Assembly (NCBI GenBank): GCA_004431415.1 | Contig: QPMI01000116.1 | Coordinates: 1-64,000, forward strand | DNA: 64,000 nucleotides | Direction of reading: 5' to 3' | Origin: Cyanophora paradoxa CCMP329 | Taxonomy: Eukaryota > Plantae > Glaucophyta | Shown: in pieces, positions 1 to 11,399 of the stretch | Position numbering within the stretch: the first letter of the stretch is position 1 | Layout: every line of letters begins with the position of its first letter | The notes under the pieces: model-generated | Told to the model about the DNA's origin: nothing | The model's database searches: none | Seen by the model: only the letters and a program-made list of their open reading frames with translations | Program-made: the position numbers and the translations under genes

Positions 1-147
1 CTTAGCCCGGCCCGGCCCTCTAGGGCAGCTGTATATGCGCCCGTCACCCCCGCCTTTAAAACAATGTAGACCTTAGTTCATTAGACCTTAGACCTTAGAA
101 TTGACCGGCCCCGGTCCGGCGCCTGACGAGAAGCCGCGGGCGGGCAG

Positions 148-3100
148 GGTCGGCGGGGCCCGCATGCTGCACGTCATCCAGGTGCCCGCCCCGCCCCGTT
201 TGCCCCGCACCGCCCCTCACATTGTTCAGGCGGTGTTCCGGGGGCGGCTGGGGGAGATGGACCCGCTCGCCGGCGTCCGCGACCAGGAGATCCTCAACAC
301 CATCAAGGTGATATAATATAATAAGGATATCGATAATATATACGTTAGCAAGTGAAAATGGATATAAGGATATGATAATAAAAATAAGTCAGCTTAGCCA
401 CACGGGTCAAGCTTCGTCGCTCATGCTTAAGCAGTAGGCATTAGCGCTAAAGATTCCTTTGCTCAAGCGTTAGGCGTCAGTCCTTAAGCTTCCTTCGCTA
501 GCGCTGACGCCTCTCCTACTACCTTAATGCGAGATGCCGTTAAGAGAGCTTAGGCATAAGCCTTATGTTGCCCACTGCAGTCCCTCCGATGCTTCCTCTC
601 CTCCTTCGCTGGCGCTCCTTCGCCTCTCCGCTTATGTTTTAGCGTTAGGCATAAGTGCTTGAGCTTCCTTCGCTGACGCCTCCTCCTCTCCGCGCGCCGG
701 CAGAACTCGACGGGGATCAACGGCGCCGTCTCGCTGCCCCGCATCGTCCAGCACCTCTGCCGCAAGCAGGCGCGCCCGCGCCCGGCGCCCCTTCTCTCTT
801 AGGGCCTCCAAAACCCCGCCGGCCCCCCCGCCTCACGTCGCCCCCGCGAGCAGATCGCGCGCATGCGGCAGCCCTGCGCCGAGGCGAGCGAGCGAGCCCT
901 ACCCTCCCCTCCCCCCCCCCTCCCCCCCTCACCCCCTCTGGCAGCTGGTGGGGATGCTGCGGGACGAGGTGGAGGGCATCCTCGTCTACTCCGCTTCTAA
1001 GGTAGAGCATGTATAATAATTAAGTCCATGTGCTTTCTTTCTCGTCTACTCCGTTCTTAAAGCTTCCGTAAGATTCGTACAAGTTAGAGTCTGTCACGGC
1101 ATCATCGCCTACTCCTTCTCCAAGCTTTCTTCTGATAGATTCGTGCCCTCGACTACGCCTCTTATCCGGAATCTTTTAGAGCTCTGCGATGCTGCTGTAG
1201 CGGTAGAACGCCGCCCCGCCCCGCCCCTTGGCGAGCCGCGGGGCCGCCCGGCTGACCGGCCCCCGTACCCCCCGCAGAAGCTGGCGGCGTACCCCGAGTT
1301 CCACGCGGCCGTCCTCTCCGCCGCCCGCGCCTTCCTCCAGGCACGCCCCCCCGCCCGCCCCACGAATTCGTTTAGGAGAACGCCCCCATATAGCTTATAA
1401 AGCACATGTAAGCCCCAAGCACATACAAATAGAATAAAAGAACGCCTCCCTAATACGCCCGCTCCTTCCTGCAGGCACGCCCCCCCGCCCCCCCGCCCCA
1501 ACGATACTATATGTGCCCGCCCCTAATCGAAGCCCGCCCCACGAATTCGATTAGGGGAACGCCCCCCAAGCTTAGGTTTTCTGTGGAGAGCTTTAGTTCT
1601 ACTGCGGAGAGCTAGAGACGACGACGGGGACGGCCCTTCGCCGCAGCCATAAGCTTCGAAGCTAGCGCTGACTTCGGGGCCGGCCGGCGGCCCTTTAATT
1701 CTCCGCAGGAGTGCTTCGAGCTGGCGCTGAAGAAGGCAGAGGCGTACCTCGAGATGCAGCTCGCCTACGTCAACACCGGTGCGAAAGCGCGCGCGCCCCC
1801 CTGCGGAGTCGAAGTCGAAGCAAAGGAGTTAGAAGATCGATGTGTTGGAACCTTGGTCTTGTACTTAGGCTTCGACGCTAGTGCTAGTGCCCCTCTATCG
1901 CTCTGACCGAAGTCCACTAGCTCGCCTACGTCAACACCGGTGCGCGTCAGAGCACCTTAGACCGTAGCCCGCCCCGCTCCCGCCCCCGGCCCGGCCCGCC
2001 CCGGCCCTCTAGCTCTAGCTCGCCTACGTCAACACCGGTGCGCGCCCTACGGTGGAGTCGAAGTCCACTAACCCGCTAACGCCGGAGTTGAAGGAAGCTA
2101 ATGTCCGTATAAACTTCGAGGCCAGTGCTAGCGCCTTCTAACTCGACCCGAACTCGGCCCGCATCATTCTGACCTTGGCCCGCGCGCCGGCCCCCCGCGC
2201 GCAGAGAACCCGGAGATCCTGTCGGGGACCTACGGGCTCGCCCTCCCCGCCACGCCGCCCCGCCCGGGGGACCGCTGCGGCTCGGCCGCCCCGCCCACCG
2301 TCTCCCGCCGCTCCTCCGCCCCGGGCGTCCCCGGTGCCGCCCCGCCCCGCCCCGCCTCCCCTCACCTGACGCCGCCTCACCTGAGCGCCCGTGAACGCCG
2401 CAGAGTCGGTGGGGGGCAGCCCGCGCAGCAGCGTGGGCCACAGCGTCACCGGCCGCGTGCGCTGTCCCGTGCCTCTTCCTGAAAGCATGCGTGCGCGGGC
2501 CCCTCTAACTTGCGCGTGCGGGCGCAGGCGGCGGCGGCGGCGCGGGCGACGGTCGACTACATCGCGGCGCACGTCCCGGGCCGCGAGCCGCCGGCGCGTG
2601 CCCACCCCTTCCCCCGCGCCGCGCTTGGCCCTTGCACGCTTTGCTCACCTGCGTTGCGTTCCCCGCAGGCGAACCTGGCGCTGGGGGACGTGCGCCGCCG
2701 CCTCGTCTGCGAGGGCTTCCTCGCCGAGCGCGGTCCGCCTACCCCCCTCCCCTCCCCTCCCCCCCAGCCTACCCCTCTGCTCCTTCCCACACCCTACCCT
2801 ACCCTACCGTCTACCCTCCCCTCCCCTCCCGATCCGTGATAGAGGGGACGCCGCCCGCCCGATGCCTGGAGACCCGTCCTCTCTCCTGGGCGCCCCCTCG
2901 CCCTCCTCCTGATTGCATCCCCATACCCCCCTCCTCCTCTCCCCTCCCCTCCCGCTCTTGCTCCCCGTCCTCCCTCTTGTGCCCCCCCCTCTCCTCTGAG
3001 CCCGTTCCGAGCCCAGAGGGCCGCCCCCGCCTTTCCCTCCCCCTTCGCCCGCCCGCCCGCCCGCCCGCACGCCCGCCCGCCCCTCCCGGCTCCCCTCCCG

Positions 3101-6100
3101 ACTCTCCCCTCCTCCGGCGCAGGGCGGGGCCTGCTGACGACGTGGAAGCCGCGCTTCGTCGTCTTCGACGGCGCCTTCCTCCACACCTTCCGCTCCTCCG
3201 ACGTGCGCGCCCCGGCCCCACGCCCCGCCCCAGCTTCTAGCGACTAGGCTGCGGATGCCCTAGACCTAGACAGGGACCAGCCCCTCCTCCTCCCCCTGAG
3301 CCCTCGGGGCACGCCACGCCCTCCGACGTGCGCCCGCCCCGCCGCCACGGCTATAGAGCGAGGGGAAGGACGAGGGGAGGCTCCCCCCGTCCTCCTCCTT
3401 CCCCTCCTCCTCCTCCTGCTTCCTAGAGGCCGCGCGCCGCGCCCACGCACATAGAACGAGGGGGAGGACGAGGGGAGGCCCCCCCGGGCCCCGCCCTCTC
3501 TTGCGCCCCTCCTCCTCCTCGCAGCCTAGAGGCGGCCTAGAACGAGAGGAAGGACTCGCCCTTCGCCCTTCTCCTCCTCCTCCTCCCCATCCTCCTCCCC
3601 TCCTCCGCACCCCGCCCTCGCCCTTCGCCCTTCTCCTCCTCCCCATCCTCCCCCTCCTCGCCTCACCCCTGGGGGCAGCCCGGGGAGCGGTCGCGGGCGT
3701 CGGTGTACGTGCCGGAGGCGGCCGTGCGCGCCCTCTCCCCGGACGAGGCCGGCGAGTTCCACGGTCCGGTCCCCGGCCCGGCCCGGCCCCTTACTAAAAG
3801 GCTTTTTAAGGCTGTAAGGAATGAAGGTTTTAATGGTCCTTAGCTCGATTTGAGCCGGCGCCGCCCGCTGACGGGGCTAAAGGCTTCTTTTTAATATTGA
3901 AGGCTTTTGAGCTCCGGTCCCGACCCGGCCCGGCCCCTTATTTAAGGCTTGGATCTAGCTTTGCCTCTCCCCCGACGAGGCCGGCGAGTTCCACGGTCGG
4001 GCCCCGGTCCCTTATTCAAGGCTTTTTAAGGCTTTAAGAATTGAGCTCTAGAGTACCCCCGGCCCGGTCTAGATCTTGGCTGGCGCTAGCTCTGCCTTGG
4101 CTTTCGCGCCCGAGCCTTCGGGCTGAGCCCAGAGCGGGGCAACAGCCTTCTCCTCTCCTCCGCTGGAGGGCTGGCGCTCAGATCGCACTCTAAGGCCTGG
4201 AGGCCCCAGCTCCTGCGGCCCCGCTCCGCCCCCCGCCCGGCCCCTTATTTATTTAAGGCTTGGATCTAGCTTTGCCTCTCTCCCGCCGAGGCCGGCGAGT
4301 TCCACGGTCCGGTCCCTGGCCCCTTACTTAAAGGCTTTAGCCCTCCGGATCCGGTCAAGCCCGGATCGACGCTAGAGCTCTCGAGTCTCTCTCCCGGCCC
4401 AGCGGCTTGTCCAAACGTTAACCCGCGCCCCCCGCTGAACGGGGCGGGGCCGGGGGGGTGCAGTCTTCTGCGTGCAGACGGCGGAGGCGCCGCACGTCTT
4501 TCGCGCCGACAGCGAGGTGTACCCCCCTCCCCTCCTACCGGACCCTGGAGCCGACGCCCCTCCGCAGGCGGCGATGTCGCAGTGGGTGGTGGCCCTCGCC
4601 AAGGCCCAGCAGCGCGCCCGCGCCGTGCGCGCGCTTGTCGAGCTCGCTAAGGCCGGCCCAAGGCTGGCCTGAGTCGACTCGCCTGAAGCAGATCGAGGAC
4701 GGGGTGGCGGAGGACGAGGAGGCGCCGCGGCGCCGCGGCGAGAAGAAGAAGGAGGGCGGCGAGGAGGAGGGGGAGGAGGAGGGGACCCCCGACCGCGAGG
4801 GCGACCGCGAGCGGCGCCGCAGGAGGCGCGCTTCTCCGGATTGAGCTTTTTAAGACCGAACTTCTGTTCTTAAGCTCCGACGCCGACGCCCTCTATAAGA
4901 TGGCCTCTATACATATATATATAAGATGGCCTCTGTAAGATGGCCTCTATAAGATGAGATGGCGCGCGCCGGCTCCGAGGCCATCCCCGCTTAAGCTTCT
5001 CAAGATTGAGCTTCTTAAGATCGAGTCTCCGTTCTTAAGCTCCGACGCATTCTTTTAGCTGGCTTCCACAAGCTCGAGCCCTCTTCCCTAAGGCAGGCTC
5101 AAGACTCGACCGCGAGCGGGGCCGCAGGAGGCGCGCGCGCCGGCGCCGAGGCCGCCCCCGCTTAAGCTCCTCACGATCGAGCTGCCTTCTTTTAGATGCC
5201 TTTAGCTGCCTTAATCTTCTCAAGATCCGACGCCCTCTATCAGCTGGTTTCTATGAGCTCGAGCCCTCTTCCCTAAGGCTCCAGCGCCCCGCAGGCGGGA
5301 GGAGCGGGAGAGGGAGGCGCGGCGGCAGGCGGGGGCGCCGCGCCCCGTGCGCAAGCGCGTGCGCGGGGCCCGCGCGCTGCGGGCGCCCCGCGGCGGCGAC
5401 TGGGCCGTCCACCTGCCCCCGGTGCGCATGCGCGAGAAAGAAGCATAAAGAACCATTCTACAGACGCCCTCACCCCTGCCCCGCCCCGCGCTCTCCGCCC
5501 AGCTCAGCCCCAGCTCACTGCCCCGCCCCGCCCACTCACCGCGGCTCTGCCGACCCCCACCTGCCTGCCCGTCATAGCCCACTCTCTCGCCCCTGGCCGA
5601 AGCTTCTCTCCCAGAGCCGCTCCTCACCGCCTCTCAGCCCCCGCTCACTGCCCCGCCCCCGCCCCCGCCCCGCCTCGCGCCTCAGATGCCGGGGTCGGTG
5701 CGGGCGATCGACCACCCGCACGACCGCGCCAAGGTCGCCGTCGTCAGTGCGCCCGATGTCCCCGCCCCCGCCCGCCCCGCCCCCGGCGCCCCTAGCGACC
5801 GACCGCCCGCTAACCTCGCCCCTCCTTCTCCACCGCCCTACCTCGCCCCGCCCCCCGCCCCCGCGCCCCCCAAATCAGAGAGCCGCCCCGCCCCTCCCCG
5901 CCGCGCGCCCCCCAAATCCTTCCGGACTCCAGCCGTCTAGACCTTGTCCCGCCCTACCCCGCCCCGTCCCCACCCCGCCCCGCCTCTCACCGCCCCCTGA
6001 CCTCGCCCCGCCCCCGCCCCCCGCCCCCGCCCTCGCAGAGGCGATGGTGGCGGCCTTTCTGGCGGCGGAGCGCAAGCTCGTTTCCGACGTCGGCCCCAAG

Positions 6101-8324
6101 ATCGCCATGCGCGCCCCGCCGGTTCCTGTAGCTACGTACTAAAACATATAATACTTTTGTCCACAAAATCGCGCCCAAGCTTAAGATCGCCATGCGCGCC
6201 CCGGCCCCGAACAGGATCATAAGCTCTTACGATCATAGGATCGTAAGATTAGCTATAGCTCTATGCTTAAGATCGCCATGCGCGCCCCGCCGGTTCCTGT
6301 AGCTACGTACTAAAACATAGAATACTTTAGAATCGCGCCCAAGATCGCCATGCGCGCCCGGCCCCGACCAGGATTCGCTCTTAAGGATGCACGATCAGCT
6401 GCAGTGCCGCCTTAGGCCTTAGCTTAGCTTGGGCTCGCCATGCGCGCCCCGCCGGCTCCTGCGCCCTAAGCTGCGTGAATCCTGTTCCCCGTTAGATATC
6501 TAGAAATCTAGAACCCCGATCTCTAGATCTAGCTGGAGACCCCGCCGCCCTCCGCCCGCCCTCCGCTCACCCCGCCGCCCTTTCCTCCGCAGGCACTTCC
6601 TGGTCAACCGGGTCCGTTCCCCTCCCCCCCCCCCCCTCCACCACCCCTATCAGCCCCTTCCCCCACCCCCCTCGCAGGTGCGGGACGGGCTCTACTCTGC
6701 GCTGTGCCGGCCGGCCTCGCTGGGGGACCTCTCGGGCCTCCTCAAGGAGCCGGAGGGCGCCGCGCGCCGCCGCGCCGAGCTGCGCGCCCGCGCCGCCGCC
6801 CTCGCCCGCGCCGCCGCCGTCCTCGCCGAGGTCCGCACTGCCCGGCCCGGACCCCGCGGAAGAGGTATAAGGCTCGAGAGGAAGAGGGTTTCAGCTTTGG
6901 AGCCGCTTTTTCTCGGCTTAGAAATCGCCGGTTGCAAGCGCGAGCCGCGCCTCTCTTCGGCTGACGAGGGCCTCGGCCTCTCTTCGGCGCGCAGGTGGGC
7001 GAGACGCACGTCGATGACTTCGTCCGCGCCGCCTCCGCCCGCGGGTGCCCCCGCCCCGCCCCGCCCCCCCCCGCCCGCCCCGCCCCGACTAGCTCCTCGA
7101 CTCCTAGCTAGCCTAGCCTGGCCTAGAGAGCTTCTGGGGTGCCCCGCCCCGCCCGCCCCTGCTTAACTAGCTCCTCGAAGTCTCGAATCCGGCTCCTCAA
7201 CTCATAGCTAGCCGAGCCTGGTCGCGGCCTTGAGAGCCTGGCCTTGAGTGCATCTCGAAGTCTCGAACCCGGCTCCTCGACTCCTAGCCCAGCCTATCCT
7301 AGAGAGCTTCGCGTCCCAGGCTTGTGCATCTCACCTCGCGCTCCCTGTCACGGCAGATCGGCGGGGCCGGGCGGCGCGGGGCCCTCGAGCTCGGCCCCCG
7401 GCGCCGACGGCCCCTTCGGCTTCCGGCCCCTGCCGCCGGCGCCGGCGCCTCCGACGGGGCTGTACCCCCCCGTGACCACGGGCGCGGCCTTTGCCCCCCC
7501 GCCCGTCTACTACCCCCGCAGCCCCAGCCGCAGCCGCAGCCTCAGCCGGCGTCGCCCTGGGCGGCGGCGGCGCAGGCGCAGGCGCAGGCGCCGATGCCGT
7601 CGGCGGCCCGCGCCCCGCGCCGGCTGCGGCCCCGGCCCGGCGGCGCCTGCCTCAGCCGCGCCGCCGGCCTCGGCGCCGGCGGCAGGGCGGGGGCGGCGGC
7701 GCCCAACCCGTTCCTCTCGGGAGGGCTCTCGGGCATGCTCTCGTACCGGCCGCCCCCGGCCGTTGCCGCCGCCGCCGCCTCCGCAGCCGCCTCCGCAGCC
7801 GCGGCTGCTTCGGCCGTCCCGCGCCCGACGTCGGCGCCCGGGCCCGCCTCCCCAACGGCCGCCCCCGCAGCCGCCCCGCCCCGCCCGCGCGGTGCGTCGT
7901 CATCCCGGCCCGCTCGGCTTGCGCGAACTTTGCGGCTCGGACGGACCGGGGCCCGGGGCGCAGGCTGGCCCGCCGGCGCTGCCCTCGATCCGCGCATCGC
8001 ACTCGGCCCGCGGGGCGCGCTCGCCGCCGGCGGCCACGGGCGACGGCGACGGCGGCGGCGGCGAAGCAATGGCCCCGCCCCGCGGGGCGAGCGCCTCCGC
8101 CCACTCCTCGCCCCGCCACAGCCCGGTGCGCGCGCTCAGATCAGGCTCAGATCAGATAGATCTGATCTGATCCGATCCCGCAGATTCCGGGCGCCGGCGC
8201 CGGCGCCGGCCCCTCGGCGGGGGCCCTGCAGGGGTCTATCACCCCGCCCGCGAGCGCAGAGGGGCGGCGCCCGCCCCCTCCCTTCCCCTTCGCCCGCCAG
8301 CCCGCGGCCGACCCGAAGAAGTGA
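148..8324 (+). CDS. Dynamin-family GTPase, 3' portion (middle domain, PH, GED, Pro-rich tail); multi-exon, GTPase domain lies upstream of the window
   Basis: Spliced exons give dynamin motifs: VGGARMLHVIQ (148), FRGRLGEMDPLAGVRDQEILNTIK-NSTG, QIARMRQPC, LAAYPEFHAAV, YLEMQLAYVNT (~1745), PH-like CEGFLAER / WKPRFVVFDGAFLHTF / HVFRADSE-AAMSQWVVAL, GED KLVSDVGPKIAM-HFLVNR-VRDGLYSAL...LLKEPEGAARRRAEL, then a Pro/Ala-rich tail with NPF ending PAADPKK-TGA (8322-8324). Homopolymer frameshifts in the tail exon are probably assembly errors. Confidence 0.9.
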
Positions 8325-8886
8325 CGCGGCGCAAGGCCCAGGGGTGCACGCATGCGTATGCCGTGCGCATACGAACGGACTTGCCGCGCTCAGCCCGCCC
8401 TGGCCCATGGATGCATTTGTCCAGGCTGCTCTGTATCTGTCCTGTTGCCGGTATAGCTGCCACTGTTGCCGGTATAGCTTGCTACTATTACCGTAGACTT
8501 TGAGCCCATACTTATGCTTGGGCCGCCTCTAAGAGTCGGGGCTCGCGATATCGATCGGTAGTCGGGAGTCGAGATCCCGGACTCGGGACCGTCGTCCGCC
8601 GGGGATCCGGCATCATCCGGGAACTTCGGAACTGACATTATCCTGACATCATTCTGACATTATCGAGGCCTCGGCCTTGGCGCCCCCGCTCCGCCCCGCC
8701 CGGCCTCGGCGCCTGGATAATGTCGACCGGCGACGTCAGGCCGCGGCCTCCGAGTCTCCGAGTCTCCGACACTGAGACTCCGATCCCGACTATAGGCTCA
8801 TTCCCGACGCGTACGGTCCAGCACTGAGTGCCAGACTGCCAGTGTGCCACCATGTAGGCTGCCAATTGTTGTCTTTAATATCACTA

Positions 8887-8930
8887 CCATGTAACACTTA
8901 ATTAATGCGCCAGTAATTAATGCGCTTTTG
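8887..8930 (+). mobile_element. Orphan left end of a TA-flanked MITE related to the 56951 element
   Basis: ta|ccatgtaacacttaattaatgcgccagtaattaatgcgc resembles ta|ccgtcgggcactaaattactgcggcgttaattaacgcgg at 56949; no right end found. Confidence 0.35.
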
Positions 8931-8942
8931 GACCCCATCCCC

Positions 8943-9645
8943 TAGTATCGATGACTCACTGATGAGTCATTTTGAATCAATCGAGCTCCGAAGTGGGGGT
9001 ACCGCGTCTGCAACCGTTGAACACACAGCTCTTAAATGTACCAAGCCCCACCGGTACGGCGGTACCCCTACCGCGGTCACCTAACTCATGAGTCATGAGT
9101 CATGATTCTCTGACTCATGAATAGGGATTTGGCCGGGGGGGTCAACCATTGGCCAGCGGCCCTGCCCGAGCCGCCAAAGCTCGGCCGCTGGCCCGGAGCT
9201 GGCCGCCAGCCTCCAGCCAGAACTTGACCGGCCAGCTGGCGGCCAGCCTCTTGCTAGGAGTCTGGGGCTTGGTCGGCCAGGCTGGCCAGCCAGCCGGCCA
9301 GCCGTAGAGCCCGCCCTCTAGATCTTTAATGAAAGCCTTGACGTAACTAGTAAACCCGATCTTATATCTTTTTAATGAAACTTGAAATCTGTTAATACCA
9401 AGTGCTGTAGAAATTAGCAAGCCTCCCCACCTCTAGCCTCGAGCCTGCGCCCCAGCAAGCCCCACCGGCCGGCTGGCCGCCTCATAAAGCTGAAAAGGGC
9501 TGGCCCGGCTGGCCGAGAAATCGGCGGGCTGGCCCGGGGGTCAAAGCCTTATGCCAGCCGGGCCTGAGCCGGCCAGCTGGTCGACCAGACCAGCGGCCAT
9601 ATCCCTACTCATGAATCAATGAGAATCACTCACTGAGTCATACTA
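8943..9645. mobile_element. Possible older TIR element hosting the 9122 MITE
   Basis: Imperfect inverted ends tagtat(cgat)gactca / tgagtcatacta with internal TGACTCA/TCATGA repeats; no TSD. Confidence 0.3.
9122..9607. mobile_element. hAT-type MITE
   Basis: TIR TAGGGATTTGGCCG / CGGCCATATCCCTA (13/14); perfect 8-bp TSD CTCATGAA at 9114-9121 and 9608-9615; subterminal GGCCAG repeats. Confidence 0.9.
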
Positions 9646-9796
9646 TGATAATTGGACTCATGAATCATGATTCATGATCACCTGTACATGTCCCGGCCCC
9701 CGGGCCTCCCGGGCCCCGGCCGGGCCGCCGGGCCCGGCCGGGCCCGGCCGGGCGGGCCGGCGCCGCCGCGCCGGCCCGGCGGCCGCCGGCCGCGGC

Positions 9797-10295
9797 TAGG
9801 GGCGTGGACCGGGTCGGGGGGTCGGCCCGATCGACCCGACCCGCTCGCCCGGCCGACCCGACCGGGTCGACCCGGGTCGGCCCAGGGGGGGTACTTCTAT
9901 CCCGCCCTCGACCGAAAGAATACCGCAAACGTGATGAATTACATCGAAAACGTGCTACAATGCAGCAGATGCATTATAAAGATGCAATAGCTGCAGTATC
10001 TAGATGCATCTGTACATATCTGTATACGTACATGTACATCTGCATGCATCTGTGCAACATATAAGTGTAATACACATAGTATGTGTAATATAGACGAAGA
10101 TCGCAGCATCTATCAACACTTCAGAAAGGTGGAGAATGGTCCCCAAGGGTGTACCCAAGACCCTCCGGCCCGGGTCGACCCGGTTTGGGCCCGGATCGGG
10201 TCTGACCCGGGTCGGGAGGTCGGCCCGATCGACCCGCTTGCCCGGCCGACCCGACCGGGTCGACCCGGGTCGGCCCGGCCCGGTCCACCATCCTA
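9797..10295. mobile_element. hAT-type MITE
   Basis: TIR TAGGGGCGTGGACCGGG / CCCGGTCCACCATCCTA; perfect 8-bp TSD GCCGCGGC at 9789-9796 and 10296-10303; subterminal GACCCG/CGGGTC arrays at both ends. Confidence 0.9.
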
Positions 10296-10352
10296 GCCGC
10301 GGCTGGCGCTAGGCATCCTAGGCTACAGCCTACACTGGCAGCCTACCGGTAC

Positions 10353-10878
10353 TAGTGCTGGGTTCAGTCAGGCTCCACCCCGGGCCCCTGACCCAGTCGC
10401 TCAGCCCCCCTGACTGTGACTGAATCAGTCAACCCGAGGTTCAGTCAGGCTACCGAGCCTACCGTGCGAAAACTGAGGAAAATTATCCGGAAATGACCCA
10501 GATGCGATCCATCTAAGTTGCCAAGCACAGTGCGCTGGCAGTTCATTATATAATTAGGCGAGCAAAGCTTAAGAACACCGTGGCACTGGTGAAAGGAATT
10601 CGGCCCCCGTTAGCGGCGGTTAGCCTCGTTAGCGCTAGCCTAGTAGCGCGGACGGTTTTGTTCAGATTTCGTTGTTTTTCTGGAGGTAAGACGACAGAAG
10701 ATCTAGATCCTTTTTAGGTCGATCCACGTCGAGCTTCAGATGGAAAAAGCCCACAGGTGGGCACGCTCACAGCAGGGTTTTGTATGGGACTGTGAGAACC
10801 TCAGTCGGCCAATTTGGTGACTCAGTCGGGTCAGTCAGACCCTCTGACTTTGACTGACAGTGACTGAACCCAGCCCTA
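10353..10878. mobile_element. hAT-type MITE
   Basis: TIR TAGTGCTGGGTTCAGTCA / TGACTGAACCCAGCCCTA (17/18); perfect 8-bp TSD ACCGGTAC at 10345-10352 and 10879-10886; subterminal CAGTC/GACTG repeats. Confidence 0.9.
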
Positions 10879-11399
10879 ACCGGTACTGGGTCCGGACCGT
10901 CCGGTAGGACTCCGGGAGTCGGCCGGCGGGGGATCCGGACCGGGACTGGACCGGGAGACAAGGAGTCAGCTGCAGCCTGCAGCTTGCAGCCTGCGCATGC
11001 AGGCTGCAGGCTGCAGCTTGCAGCCTGGCAGGCCAGCGGCCGGCCTGGCCAGCTGCAGCCTGCAGGGCGCGGCTGGCGCCGCGGCTGCGCAGTGCGCAAC
11101 TTTTGGCAATGCCCATTGCGCATGCGTGAGCTCCCGACTCGGCGTCGAGTCGGCGAGTCGCTGCACGCACTGCGGCATGCGGATCCGATCCGTGATAACT
11201 GTTAGCGCGGCGCATAGCTATAGGACTTGAGAGTGCAGTGCAGTCCACGCCGACTCTACGCCGGAGTCCACGGTCGACCGTCGGACGTCTGCGGCACTGC
11301 GTGCTGTCACGGTCAGGTGTCCCCCGGCCGGTCGACTCGTACGTCGGTCCGGCGACTTCTTGCAAGATCTAGATGGTGCAAGTGGTGACGTGCACGTGG

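Noticed and set aside
7505-7900. Frameshifts in the dynamin tail exon as pseudogenisation or programmed frameshifting
   Set aside because: Single-base differences in C/G homopolymers that are in frame in the duplicate copy; most likely sequencing/assembly errors.
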